Shown here piece after piece: positions 1-9,196 of a DNA stretch of 64,000 nt (the stretch's first letter is position 1; each line of letters starts with the position of its first letter). This DNA comes from a virus (taxonomy: Duplodnaviria; Caudoviricetes): the IMG/VR virus record IMGVR_UViG_3300019370_000055, positions 1 through 64,000 of that record, one strand, 5' to 3'. Both the position numbers and the translations under genes were made by a program. The notes beneath the pieces are model-generated. The model saw nothing but the letters and a program-made list of their open reading frames with translations. It was not told where the DNA came from and did not search any database.

Positions 1-945
1 AACCTTTCCAGTAGGCTCTAAGCGAACACGCATTTTAAGAAATTTAAAACTGTGATTTTTAAATGGAGTTATTTTGCACTTCTTTTCATTTAGTTCAATT
101 CCCATTTCGTTAGAGAGTTCAACCAAAGTATCATGTAATCCTTTTAAAAACTCCAAAGAATCACTTATTACATATCCATCGTCCATATATCTCGCATATC
201 CATGAACTCCAAGTTTGTCTTTGATGTAATGATCAATCGGGCTGGCATAATCTAAAGCAATATTCTGTGATACTTGACTACCTAATCCAACGCCACGAGG
301 ATTGTCCGGGTCATGTTCCACGCCACCCAATTCTAAGAAATCATCAATTAATTGACAACCAATTTCCTGTAATTTGGGATCAAGAATATGTTTCTTTAAA
401 CGTTCTTTCGCTTTGTCATGTGGTATCGAAGCGAAATATCCATGAAAATCAAATTGATAAATTCCACCTTCCAGACCATATAAACGATAATGATGATGCA
501 AGAACTCAACAAGCCTTTTTAACGTCATGTCCATGCCCTTATCAGGCAAACTTGCACTATTATCATAAATGAAACTTCTGGAATAGGCTTCTGTCATGAG
601 TTCATCACAATAACATTTTTGAACACTACGATCCTGAATAACCAAAGAATTAATATCTCGTTCTTTTCCGTGTTCAATAGTTTTGAAATGTTTGAACCCA
701 CCAGATTCATACTTGCCGTTGAGAACTCGATCTTGCAAAGATTCAGTCTGCGTCAAAAGCACTGACTTGAAATTGATAGTAGAGGTTTTCCAGTTCACTC
801 CTTCGCAGCAGTTTTCACCAGCGTCCCACATATTATCAAAGTCAAACACATCCTCAAATGCCTTGCCGCAGACTGGTCTTGCTTTTTCTTCTCGTTCTCT
901 TTTACGTCTTTCGTATCTTTTCTGTTTTCTTTCCTCACTTGTCAT
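1..945 (-). CDS. DGR reverse transcriptase (3' end runs off the window)
   Basis: Not in the ORF track; translated by hand from ATG at 945: MTSEERKQKRYERRKRE...GKERDINSLVIQDRSVQK...FIYDNSASLPDKG...QFDFHGYFASIPH...GVGLGSQVSQ...YARYMDDGY (YMDD at 178-189). The G-x-G-L-G-S-Q-x-S-Q motif is typical of DGR RTs, and the gene lies downstream of TR and avd. Confidence 0.95.
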   Translation of the reverse strand, partial: MTSEERKQKRYERRKREREEKARPVCGKAFEDVFDFDNMWDAGENCCEGVNWKTSTINFKSVLLTQTESLQDRVLNGKYESGGFKHFKTIEHGKERDINSLVIQDRSVQKCYCDELMTEAYSRSFIYDNSASLPDKGMDMTLKRLVEFLHHHYRLYGLEGGIYQFDFHGYFASIPHDKAKERLKKHILDPKLQEIGCQLIDDFLELGGVEHDPDNPRGVGLGSQVSQNIALDYASPIDHYIKDKLGVHGYARYMDDGYVISDSLEFLKGLHDTLVELSNEMGIELNEKKCKITPFKNHSFKFLKMRVRLEPTGKV

Positions 946-1389
946 ATTGCCAAAGAACAAATCCTTTCCGTATAGCCTTATCATTCACTGGCGAATACGT
1001 CTACGCATCACAACCGTATCCGTTGGCAGTTTCCGATGCTGATTTACTAAGCTACGTAACTATGCACCTATGAAATTTAAGGGAGCAACGTGCCACGGAT
1101 CATCAGCCGAAGCCAATTACCGCAAGAAGGAAATGGGATGCTACCTCCTTCCGACACACCGCTCAAATCAGCAAAATGTCAATAAACCATGCAAGCAGCG
1201 TCCAGATGCAAGTATCGAAAAAGTGTTTTAGGATGCCATCAGGCAGAGCCACGGCATACATCCTCCTTCTGAAATAACGGATATTGTTTTCACCAGTAAA
1301 GGCCAGTATTATTTCAAGCCATTAAGGGCTACTAAGTCTAATCCAAGTTTGTGTACTAAATTTGATGCACCACAAACAGCTTCAAGAAT

Positions 1390-1506
1390 CCGGGGCGACC
1401 CCATTGGAATTGCCAGAGTTGTTGTTGTTCGGAGAACCGTCAGTGTTGACATTGCAGAAATTGTTCGTGTTGCCAGCATAGACAGAACGCAGCCACCAAT
1501 TCGCAG
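1390..1506 (-). repeat. DGR template repeat (TR)
   Basis: 117-bp ungapped match to 2412-2528 with 15 mismatches, all at TR adenines on the minus strand. TR has 28 A, with 12 AAY codons in the target frame (ANWWLRSVYAGNTNNFCNVNTDGSPNNNNSGNSNGVAP). Confidence 0.97.
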
Positions 1507-1539
1507 GGGGTTTTATCAGGATGTAACCGTTGTCGGCAA

Positions 1540-2184
1540 TTATTCTTTTGTAGAATCCTCTATGTCAAAAATATCTTCTGGTAAAACTACCTCACTTTCA
1601 TTGGCAATCTCATTTGTTTCATCTTTCTTCTTTGGCTTGGGATTACCGTCACGCTTGATGTATTCCCAAAGTTCCTGTTTAAGATAATCTAAGAACTCGC
1701 AGAAGAATTTGAAATTAATGATCTTACTCCAAGATTTCTTGCTCTGATACTTTTTATAACGTTTCTTATCAGATTCAATGATTCCTTTTACCAGAGCCGC
1801 TTCGTAATTCAAAAGCCTTGCCCATTCTTTAAAGATTCCAGAAGTTTTCTTTTTGTCCCCAAGAAAATTATTTCCTTTTAGCACCAACGAAAATGTCACA
1901 GTAAGCAAACCACTTAATGCAAAAATTGCGGATCGTGCTTTAGCGAAATATTCTTCTCGAAGATTAAATTCTGTTTCCATCATATTGTTATGAATATAGA
2001 TGGAGTTAGCCCGTAATACATCCTCATGAATTTCCAACGCAAGCCGGGTAATATCGTTGGTCAGACAAAACCTGTAAGATTTTGGGAACTTCTTAACTTG
2101 TTCCAGTGTATATGTAGCTAATTGTTGCGCCACTCGAATGAATTCAGCTTTTGATTCATTGCGCTTAGAAGCGTAGACAGACAT
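1540..2184 (-). CDS. avd: DGR accessory variability determinant (Avd-like four-helix bundle) with C-terminal extension
   Basis: Lies between target gene and TR. Basic helical protein with 'KKFPKSYRFCLTNDI...RANSI' Avd-like signature; AGGAGG RBS. Confidence 0.85.
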   Translation of the reverse strand: MSVYASKRNESKAEFIRVAQQLATYTLEQVKKFPKSYRFCLTNDITRLALEIHEDVLRANSIYIHNNMMETEFNLREEYFAKARSAIFALSGLLTVTFSLVLKGNNFLGDKKKTSGIFKEWARLLNYEAALVKGIIESDKKRYKKYQSKKSWSKIINFKFFCEFLDYLKQELWEYIKRDGNPKPKKKDETNEIANESEVVLPEDIFDIEDSTKE

Positions 2185-2266
2185 TGATGATCCTCCTATT
2201 TATCATATTTAGATTATTTGCCCCACATCTAAGCAGATATGAGATTGTTTTCTCAACCCGCCCTTT

Positions 2267-2295
2267 ATGTTAGCAGATTAGTTTCTCATTGTCAA
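2267..2295 (-). promoter_or_regulatory. sigmaA-type promoter for avd-TR-RT
   Basis: Minus strand TTGACA-17 bp-TAACAT about 80 bp upstream of avd. Confidence 0.6.
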
Positions 2296-2339
2296 GGGCA
2301 AATTGAGAAAATTTTCTAAGATTAAGGGTAAACCGTTCA

Positions 2340-2384
2340 TCCCCCTTATCTGTCCCGGCTTGCGCCTTAGACAAGATAGGGGGA
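2340..2384 (-). other. Hairpin/cruciform just 3' of VR (DGR target-recognition element and/or terminator)
   Basis: Minus strand TCCCCCTATCTTGTC...GGC-GCAA-GCC...GACAGATAAGGGGGA begins 13 nt after the target stop codon and is absent after TR. Confidence 0.65.
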
Positions 2385-2397
2385 TTCACTGATTAGC

Positions 2398-4419
2398 TTA
2401 AACACAGAAGGCCGGGGCGACCCCAAAGGAAATGCCAGAGGCGGTGCTGTTCGGAGAACCGCCAGTGTTGACACGGCAGAAACAGTTCGTGTAGCCAGCA
2501 CAGACAGAACGCAGCCACCAATCCGCAGTTGATGTTGTAGCATTATGGCGGTAGAACACTTTGCTGTTCCCGGCTTTATAAAAATCATACTGTAATTGTG
2601 AATTCTGCTCATACTGACTGGCGTATGACCTTGCCCCTTGTACTTCAAACTCAGCAAGCAAGAATAAATAATCATCTGTCTTAGTTATTGCACTTGCTGC
2701 GTTGGAACTTCCACCAGTATTATCAGAATACTTTGAACAAGACTTCATGACCGCACGAAGATCACTCGGCAATGCCGCCATAAATGTCTTTGCCGCAGGA
2801 CTTGTTGGATTCTGACCCAACAAATTATTTCTCATAGAACAGTCTTTCCAACCACCAGCATTTGTACTATTACCAGATGTTGAACCATTCATGGTAAACG
2901 TACCATTCCAGTTAGCGTACTGAGCATCAACAAAGCAAATATTATTGCCCTTATTACTGACCTTGCCAATCTGGAAGTGAATGCGGTTTGCACCTTCCTT
3001 TGCGCTATTATGGTTAAAGCCCAAAATAAACGCCCAAACATTCATGTTAATAGCAGTTGAACTAACAGTACCATTTACTAAAATCTGTTTGCCATCACCA
3101 ACATTCCAATAAGTCGAAGCCACACCAGCATCAGACACTTGCCTAATCTGCGCCCAAGTATACTCATTAAGTGCCTTACCAGAAGCAGGAATAAACTCCG
3201 CATTCACAGTAAAGGTCTTATTTGCTGGAGCGTTATGATTAGTGCCAGCCGCCACCGCAACAGTAATTGTCGCTGTACCAGACTTCTTATTAACATGACT
3301 AACAGTGATCACATTACCACTAATGGAAACCGTAGCAACGTTGGTATTGCTGGATGTGGCAGTAATCTTACCGTCACCAGCACGTGTCGCAGTCACAGTA
3401 TCAGTCAATTTATCAGTGTTCAATGTCACAGAAGTCTTATTCAGACTCAAACTACCAGCCGCCTTACCGATTGTCCAAGACACTTCCTTGGCAGTAGTAG
3501 AACCATCACTCCAACAGTAATCAGGTTTAGGAGTAAACGTAGCCTTATATGTACCAGCGGCAGTTTGTTTAGTAACACCGCCAATGGTCAACTGTGCTGT
3601 ATTGTAATTGCTGAATGTAGGTGTAAGTTCTGCCCCTGTATAAGTCAACGTACCACTCTGAGCAGGAACAGCGGTCAATTTGGTCTTATTGGGAATTGCA
3701 GTAATTCTACCAACCGTACTTGTGTTTACTGCACCTTCAGTAGAAATTGGGAACAGGGCAAAATAATAAGTAGTCCCATTTGTGAGGCCAGTTACCTCCA
3801 GTGGACTACTTGCGTGTGCATTTCGAGTTGTACTATTCAAGGCCAGTGTGCCATCTTCAGGAGATGTAGGATAACCACCAGTCTTATAAACCACCTTTGT
3901 ACTTGCCCATGTAGAGAGCGTCACACCATCTTGAACCTTTGTTGCGGCAGGATCATTCCATTTAAGCTGAACACGACCATTTAACTGAGCCGCAACAGTC
4001 AGATTAGAAATATCACCCGTAGGCACAGGATTGGGTGTAATCGTTACCTCATTTGCAGGATCATCTGCATATGTATTTGTAGTAGAATATGGGAAGAACT
4101 TGTAATAATAAGTCACACCATCACTCAAACCGCTATCACAAAAATATTGTGTCTTATATGCGTCACGAGTTTTATTGTCAAGAACAACTGTACCATCACG
4201 GCGACTTGCTGGCATAGAACCCGCCTTACGAACCAGTAACGTACCAGCCCATGCAGCAAGAGTAGCATCACCAACAACCGTATCAATAGGATCAGTCCAT
4301 TTCAAATATGCTTTGCCTGAAGCAGCCAGTGTAGCAAGACCAGTCACAGGAGCCAGAGGAATCCCGCCACCGCCGCCAGAACCGCCACTACCAGTTGGGA
4401 AAATAGAAACAATAGGCAT
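2398..4419 (-). CDS. DGR target: tail fibre/receptor-binding protein (two FN3-like repeats, Ig-like domains, C-terminal C-type-lectin-like variable domain)
   Basis: Two related repeats (LKW.DP...G.TYY..FP.ST), T/A/V-rich Ig-like segment, and C-terminal WWLRS...GVAPAFCV carrying the VR. Last gene of the tail module. Confidence 0.9.
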   Translation of the reverse strand: MPIVSIFPTGSGGSGGGGGIPLAPVTGLATLAASGKAYLKWTDPIDTVVGDATLAAWAGTLLVRKAGSMPASRRDGTVVLDNKTRDAYKTQYFCDSGLSDGVTYYYKFFPYSTTNTYADDPANEVTITPNPVPTGDISNLTVAAQLNGRVQLKWNDPAATKVQDGVTLSTWASTKVVYKTGGYPTSPEDGTLALNSTTRNAHASSPLEVTGLTNGTTYYFALFPISTEGAVNTSTVGRITAIPNKTKLTAVPAQSGTLTYTGAELTPTFSNYNTAQLTIGGVTKQTAAGTYKATFTPKPDYCWSDGSTTAKEVSWTIGKAAGSLSLNKTSVTLNTDKLTDTVTATRAGDGKITATSSNTNVATVSISGNVITVSHVNKKSGTATITVAVAAGTNHNAPANKTFTVNAEFIPASGKALNEYTWAQIRQVSDAGVASTYWNVGDGKQILVNGTVSSTAINMNVWAFILGFNHNSAKEGANRIHFQIGKVSNKGNNICFVDAQYANWNGTFTMNGSTSGNSTNAGGWKDCSMRNNLLGQNPTSPAAKTFMAALPSDLRAVMKSCSKYSDNTGGSSNAASAITKTDDYLFLLAEFEVQGARSYASQYEQNSQLQYDFYKAGNSKVFYRHNATTSTADWWLRSVCAGYTNCFCRVNTGGSPNSTASGISFGVAPAFCV
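2412..2528 (-). repeat. DGR variable repeat (VR)
   Basis: Encodes the C-terminal ADWWLRSVCAGYTNCFCRVNTGGSPNSTASGISFGVAP of the target. Differs from TR only at TR adenines and ends in GC-rich GGGGTCGCCCCGG, after which TR and VR diverge (IMH/IMH*). Confidence 0.97.
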
Positions 4420-4431
4420 ATATAACCTCCT

Positions 4432-4833
4432 TTAACCAAGAAGAATAATTGTCACAGGAATATCACGTGTAGGCTTGTCACCATATGCTGTAACAGTAAA
4501 AGCACCATCCACCTGACCGCTAATACGCATATCAGCAGCTACAACATCTTCAAGCTGTTCAGTTGTGATATTTTGTCCAATAGTAATCATACCGTTTTGC
4601 TCTGCGGTAAGTCCATCAATGGAAATAGTTTGCGAATAAGGTGAATCTTCACTCCATGCAGATACAGACAAAACAGCGTTAATCGCTACACTTAGATTTG
4701 CTTTCTCACCAAGGGCTGTATCAATTTTAATCATGTTTGAGTTTGTATTGCCATTGATACTGTTTCGCCAAGCAAGAAATTTTGTTTGTGCATCATCTGT
4801 TAAATTAAGATGATAATTTTTAGTTTCACTCAA
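4432..4833 (-). CDS. Tail-fibre-associated small protein
   Basis: C-terminal ~80 aa paralogous to 4858-5310 (AW....QT.S....A.QNG...Q...VVAA.M...Q.DG..T...GD.P...IP..I.LLG). Confidence 0.7.
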   Translation of the reverse strand: MSETKNYHLNLTDDAQTKFLAWRNSINGNTNSNMIKIDTALGEKANLSVAINAVLSVSAWSEDSPYSQTISIDGLTAEQNGMITIGQNITTEQLEDVVAADMRISGQVDGAFTVTAYGDKPTRDIPVTIILLG

Positions 4834-4857
4834 AATAAAACACCACCCTTTCTTGCA

Positions 4858-5310
4858 TTAACCAAGCAGAGTGATGAGGATAGGAATATTAATTTGTGGT
4901 GTATCTCCACGGCAAGAAATTGTAATGGAGCCATCTGCTTGAGCGGTCACAAACATTTCAGCAGCTACAACAGCGTCATATTGTGCATCGCTAAACGCTT
5001 GTGGCAATGTTACATAACCATTCTGATCGGCCATAACAGCAGAGACAGATAAAGTCTGTTGCCCATTAACCCAAGCATTTGCCAGTAAAGTAACATTTAC
5101 TGTTTCACTTGGTTCACAGCTTTCAGCACCATCAAAAGGCAATTCATTATACCGTTTACCACCATATCCAGTTTTATGACGTGTTCTACCATCATCAAAA
5201 ATTACCGTAATCTGTTCACCATCTAAAAGAATAGGATTTTTAGTTGTCCAATTTTCAACGGTATCTCGCCGTTGCTGAATTGCGCCAACTTTCATTACTT
5301 TCTCAGCCAT
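4858..5310 (-). CDS. Tail-fibre protein with Mtd-N/hyaluronidase-N-like domain
   Basis: N-terminal IQQRRDTVENWTTKNPILLDGE...KTGYG...YNELPF motif. Confidence 0.7.
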   Translation of the reverse strand: MAEKVMKVGAIQQRRDTVENWTTKNPILLDGEQITVIFDDGRTRHKTGYGGKRYNELPFDGAESCEPSETVNVTLLANAWVNGQQTLSVSAVMADQNGYVTLPQAFSDAQYDAVVAAEMFVTAQADGSITISCRGDTPQINIPILITLLG

Positions 5311-5336
5311 TTTTCACACTCACTTTCTTTTAGAAT

Positions 5337-5362
5337 AAAAAAGGGAAGGCTTTCGCCTCCCA
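5337..5362 (-). terminator. Intrinsic terminator
   Basis: Minus strand GGGAGGC-GAAA-GCCTTCCC followed by TTTTT. Confidence 0.7.
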
Positions 5363-5374
5363 AATTAGCTTCAA

Positions 5375-6514
5375 TCACGCATTGCCACCATCCAGAATGA
5401 TAGTGTCAGTATCATGCACGACAGTATCAGGCAGAGTATATACAACAGTCTCAGTACCGCCAATTTTTACATTACCGTTAGTATCGGAGGCTTCAACCTT
5501 AGTCGCACCCTCTGCAACACCATTCAGCTTAGTCTTATCAGTAGCAGACATGGCACCAGAAGCAGTAGTAGTTGCTTCATCCAACTCCAGACCAGCAGTA
5601 CCAACCTTCAGGCCATTAGCGTTTGTACCCAGCTTAATAGCAATGATGTTGGTTGCAGAAATCTCAATGCCATCACCAGCGGTATACTCCTTCACAAAGT
5701 CCTTAATAGCAAGATAAATGTGGTTCTCATTGCCATCGCCGTCAACAGTGTTCACCACAAAATCAATGTACTTATCACCAACAGCAGCACCAGTATAAGG
5801 AGCATCAACGGTATCGACCACCTTAATATCAGCAGACTTAACCAGATAGTCCTTCGGGATGTTAATATCAGCACCAACCGCAGTACCATCTACCTTCACC
5901 TGATAAGTAGCAATATAACCGTCATTAGCAGTATCCTTCTTTACAACATCAAATGTATGATCCTTGACATACAGACCATCATCCTTTTTCTCCAAACCAT
6001 TATCAGCCTCGGCAGACATATTCACACCGATAGTCTTAGCATCCGCATCAACAGTAACAGAGCCATCAGCAGCGGTGTAAGTAGTATCAGCAGTAGTAAT
6101 CCGCACAACCTCAGTATAATCCTCGTCAGCCAAAGCCTTCGCAGACAGAATCAGGATATGCGGATCAGTAGCATCCTGCTCCAGCTTATATTGAGTATCG
6201 GTGTCCTGTACCTTACCAGCAATATATGTGTCAATATTTTTAATCTCTTTTGCCTCATACACGGGCTTAGTAGCAGCCTTTGCCCATTCAGGAACATCCC
6301 CCGCCAGAGCTGTAATATAAGGCAAATCATTAAAAGCAGTAGTGCCATCACCCAGCTTCAGCAAAATAGCGGCCTTAGTACCAGCATCAGTATCGGCGGG
6401 GATCAGCACAACAATAGGCTCATTCACAGCATAAATAGCATTCTTGGCCTCTAAATTAGCTAAAGTATCACCACGAAGTTTATACTGAACAGCAATAGTC
6501 TTAGTAGTAGCCAT
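5375..6514 (-). CDS. Virion fibre/decoration protein with Mtd-N-like start
   Basis: LRGDTLANL...LKLGDGTTAFNDLPY and GAMSATDKTKLNGV motifs. Strong codon bias like the capsid and major tail genes. AGGAGG precedes the ATG at 6514. Confidence 0.7.
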   Translation of the reverse strand: MATTKTIAVQYKLRGDTLANLEAKNAIYAVNEPIVVLIPADTDAGTKAAILLKLGDGTTAFNDLPYITALAGDVPEWAKAATKPVYEAKEIKNIDTYIAGKVQDTDTQYKLEQDATDPHILILSAKALADEDYTEVVRITTADTTYTAADGSVTVDADAKTIGVNMSAEADNGLEKKDDGLYVKDHTFDVVKKDTANDGYIATYQVKVDGTAVGADINIPKDYLVKSADIKVVDTVDAPYTGAAVGDKYIDFVVNTVDGDGNENHIYLAIKDFVKEYTAGDGIEISATNIIAIKLGTNANGLKVGTAGLELDEATTTASGAMSATDKTKLNGVAEGATKVEASDTNGNVKIGGTETVVYTLPDTVVHDTDTIILDGGNA

Positions 6515-6535
6515 AATCAATACCTCCTAATATTT

Positions 6536-6853
6536 TTAAACGTTACCATCAAGAATGATGTAATCACCATTATCTTGCTTTAATTTGTTTACATTCAACG
6601 AAACGACCTCCATTGTGCCGTCTTTATTGATAGAAACTTTATTCTCGGAATTACTGGATTTTACAATACCAGCAGTAGTCTCATCACCAATAGGAACATC
6701 AGCAGCGACACCCTCTTGGATTGACTTATCTACTTCCGCAAATTTTTCCTGAACCTTTTTGAAATTGTCGTTGATTTTTCTGGCAACTTCTGCGCCAGAA
6801 TCAGAATTGGATTGTGTTGTACCAGCCCTTAACAACTCATAAACAAAATTCAT
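6536..6853 (-). CDS. Hypothetical tail-module protein
   Basis: ORF track. C-terminal 'IILDG' end resembles that of the adjacent protein. Confidence 0.65.
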   Translation of the reverse strand: MNFVYELLRAGTTQSNSDSGAEVARKINDNFKKVQEKFAEVDKSIQEGVAADVPIGDETTAGIVKSSNSENKVSINKDGTMEVVSLNVNKLKQDNGDYIILDGNV

Positions 6854-6876
6854 TCAATTAGTCACCGCCTCCCTTT

Positions 6877-7068
6877 TTAAGCATACAGAATATAATCTGA
6901 ACGTAATTCGGCGGTATCAAAAAGGAATCCTTTATAGTCCTCTGGCTGTCCTGCTGGAGCAAAACAGTTACCAGCAACAGCAGGATCGTCACCGCCTCCG
7001 GGCGGCTCATACGGAGGACTATGAACTGGATAGAATACGCCCCAATAGAAACCATAAGCCATAGACAT
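6877..7068 (-). CDS. Small hypothetical protein
   Basis: ORF track; RBS AGGCGGTGA; fits operon spacing. Confidence 0.55.
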   Translation of the reverse strand: MSMAYGFYWGVFYPVHSPPYEPPGGGDDPAVAGNCFAPAGQPEDYKGFLFDTAELRSDYILYA

Positions 7069-7082
7069 ATCACATCACCGCC

Positions 7083-7379
7083 TTAATAAATAAAACAGAT
7101 AATACAATCGCTTACAGGCTTTTTGAATTTCACATTACGGATTTCAGCGGTATTAGTACCGCCAAGAGCAATACTTGAAAAGTTGCCCAAACCATCCGTG
7201 GTGTACTCAAAACCGTCCATAAAAAATTCAGTATAAGCCGCCGTTTTCATGGTGATGTGATATAATTTGTCTGCACGTGAACTTGGCTCCACCTTTTTAA
7301 TCTGCGCCAAACACCGATCAACTACATTTTCATTTGCCGCAAAATTCTGATGAATCAATCCACCTTGTTTTCTTACCAT
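7083..7379 (-). CDS. Hypothetical protein
   Basis: ORF track; RBS AGGTGGTGA. Confidence 0.65.
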   Translation of the reverse strand: MVRKQGGLIHQNFAANENVVDRCLAQIKKVEPSSRADKLYHITMKTAAYTEFFMDGFEYTTDGLGNFSSIALGGTNTAEIRNVKFKKPVSDCIICFIY

Positions 7380-7413
7380 TACTTCACCACCTTTATAAAT
7401 CGAGTTCTTTATG

Positions 7414-8343
7414 TCATTCTGCCAATATCACATAATCAACTTCTTCCAAAGTCATATCATCAAAATCACTCAAAGGATGATCGTCCATTTCTGACAATAA
7501 CCGATAACGTTTTAGTCCTGCTCTTGCCATACAATCTAAATACATTTCGGTTTGTCCAAAAATAAACTGAATCAAAACATCTGTCATATCCGCAAGTAAA
7601 CAAAGAGAATTTTCAATCTCGGCAAACTTTTTTAGTTGCCAATCTATATCTGCGCTTGCACTTAAATACATTTCCGCATTTACATCATGCAAAACCTTTT
7701 TTAGTACATAATCACTAATAGGTTCTGCAAACATATGTGTAATGGCATTGCCTCCTGTTGTAAGTTGATAAAAAATCGAAGTCGGTGCAACATCAAGATA
7801 CAAATTAATATCTTCAACACCTACGTTTTTCAAACTCGAAAAGTCAATGTCTGCGGACAACTCAAGACTTGGCATAAATTTTTCCAAACTGCACTTTAAT
7901 GTTTCAAGTTCATTTACCAGCAACATCATATCAAACTCAGTTCTGTCGAAAGAATGAGCGATAGAATAATCCAGTGGGTCAACAGAAATTTCCAGAACAG
8001 AATCACCGCTACTAAAACTTTTTTCCACAACATCCATTTCACTTGCGAACAATTCCATTACTGTTTCACCACTGGTAAGCACACCATTTAATAAATTTAC
8101 ATCAACATCTAAGTGCATTTCATTAAAAATTTTCTCATATACTTTTTCTAAAATGTCATCAATTTTAGCATTTAAAAACACGGCTGAATCAACATTTAAA
8201 TTCTTACGTATTTCTAAATCGCCCATCGAGCAATACATATAGAGCCAATCATACATAGAGAAAGAATCTCTTTGAACTAACTGCGTGATAATAACATTAA
8301 TTTCGGTGAGCCGCTTTTTCAAGTAAACATCATAAGTCTGCAA
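7414..8343 (-). CDS. Acidic hypothetical tail/baseplate protein
   Basis: 309-aa ORF, TTG start after AGGTGA, within the tail operon. Confidence 0.65.
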   Translation of the reverse strand: MQTYDVYLKKRLTEINVIITQLVQRDSFSMYDWLYMYCSMGDLEIRKNLNVDSAVFLNAKIDDILEKVYEKIFNEMHLDVDVNLLNGVLTSGETVMELFASEMDVVEKSFSSGDSVLEISVDPLDYSIAHSFDRTEFDMMLLVNELETLKCSLEKFMPSLELSADIDFSSLKNVGVEDINLYLDVAPTSIFYQLTTGGNAITHMFAEPISDYVLKKVLHDVNAEMYLSASADIDWQLKKFAEIENSLCLLADMTDVLIQFIFGQTEMYLDCMARAGLKRYRLLSEMDDHPLSDFDDMTLEEVDYVILAE

Positions 8344-8371
8344 CTATCTCACCTACTTTCTTTGTGTGATT

Positions 8372-8773
8372 TTAAGTTGGATTTGCAAGAGTCAATTTTA
8401 AGCTCCCTGTTTTCACCATAACAATCGTTGCGGTTTCAACACTTCGAGATTGTGACAGCACATTATACATAAGCAAGTTGCCATTTACAGGCGCATCGTA
8501 TAAAACAAAGTGCGTAATTGTACCCCAACTTGCAGAACTCTCAGGAAACGAAATATCGGAATCATTTGTAATCACACCATTTGCTGGTTCGCCTAAAGTA
8601 GTCAATTCAACACGTTCATAACCACCAGACGCAAGCGGCTCCGAAACCCCCGAACCATCAATACTTGGTGCAGTAGAACTCAGGCCAAGATAAACCTTAC
8701 TTGGCAAAGTTGGATTCTTTTTGGTCTGAAACACATTGCCCATGATACAATTCAGAAAATATGTAGAAGTCAT
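8372..8773 (-). CDS. Minor tail protein
   Basis: VYLGLS...GYERV...ISFPESSASWGTITHFVLYDA motif seen in siphophage minor tail proteins. Confidence 0.7.
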   Translation of the reverse strand: MTSTYFLNCIMGNVFQTKKNPTLPSKVYLGLSSTAPSIDGSGVSEPLASGGYERVELTTLGEPANGVITNDSDISFPESSASWGTITHFVLYDAPVNGNLLMYNVLSQSRSVETATIVMVKTGSLKLTLANPT

Positions 8774-8812
8774 ACTACGTTCAACCTCACTTTCTCAAAT
8801 TAAATTTTGTCT

Positions 8813-9196
8813 TTATTCCAAAAAACTTTCATTGATATTGTGGGCAATAAAGAAAATCCCATGATTAGGGATTTCAGCTTCTCCATCAATATCTTTGATA
8901 GTAATTTGATAAATATATTTCCCCCATAATCCCAAAGTATCTGCTGGTAACAAATCTACAGAAGCAATATTTTTAACTCCTGTCTCATCATCGCCAATGC
9001 TAAATGTAAGAGATTTTGAGATCAATGGATCGCCAGTCTTATCAGAATAGTCCACTACTGCAAAATTACCTGTGCATCCATCCGCATTAAATGGAACTTT
9101 CTTTTCTGTTAATAGCCTCCAGCGGAGGGTTTGAGACTGACCAGCAACAAACACGATTTCAGGCAAAGTAAATACATCATGTCGCATAATAATCAC
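8813..9196 (-). CDS. Baseplate upper protein (BppU-N-like)
   Basis: 'LLPADT..L.GKYIYQITI' beta-sandwich pattern; directly after Dit. Confidence 0.55.
   Translation of the reverse strand: MIIMRHDVFTLPEIVFVAGQSQTLRWRLLTEKKVPFNADGCTGNFAVVDYSDKTGDPLISKSLTFSIGDDETGVKNIASVDLLPADTLGLWGKYIYQITIKDIDGEAEIPNHGIFFIAHNINESFLE

Noticed and set aside
1273-1290. ATAACGG in the DGR spacer (also 55849, 57145, 57468) as extra operator copies
   Set aside because: Lack the TCAA half of the 16-bp consensus.
267-1687. Plus-strand ORFs 267-572, 683-1042, 858-1073 and 1349-1687
   Set aside because: Antisense to the RT, TR and avd; no RBS or recognisable protein features.
3139-6454. Long plus-strand ORFs 3139-3984 and 5414-6454 (likewise 26508-27248, 32175-32846 and minus 61246-62337)
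   Set aside because: Shadow frames produced by codon bias of the real genes on the opposite strand; S/I/N-rich and no RBS.
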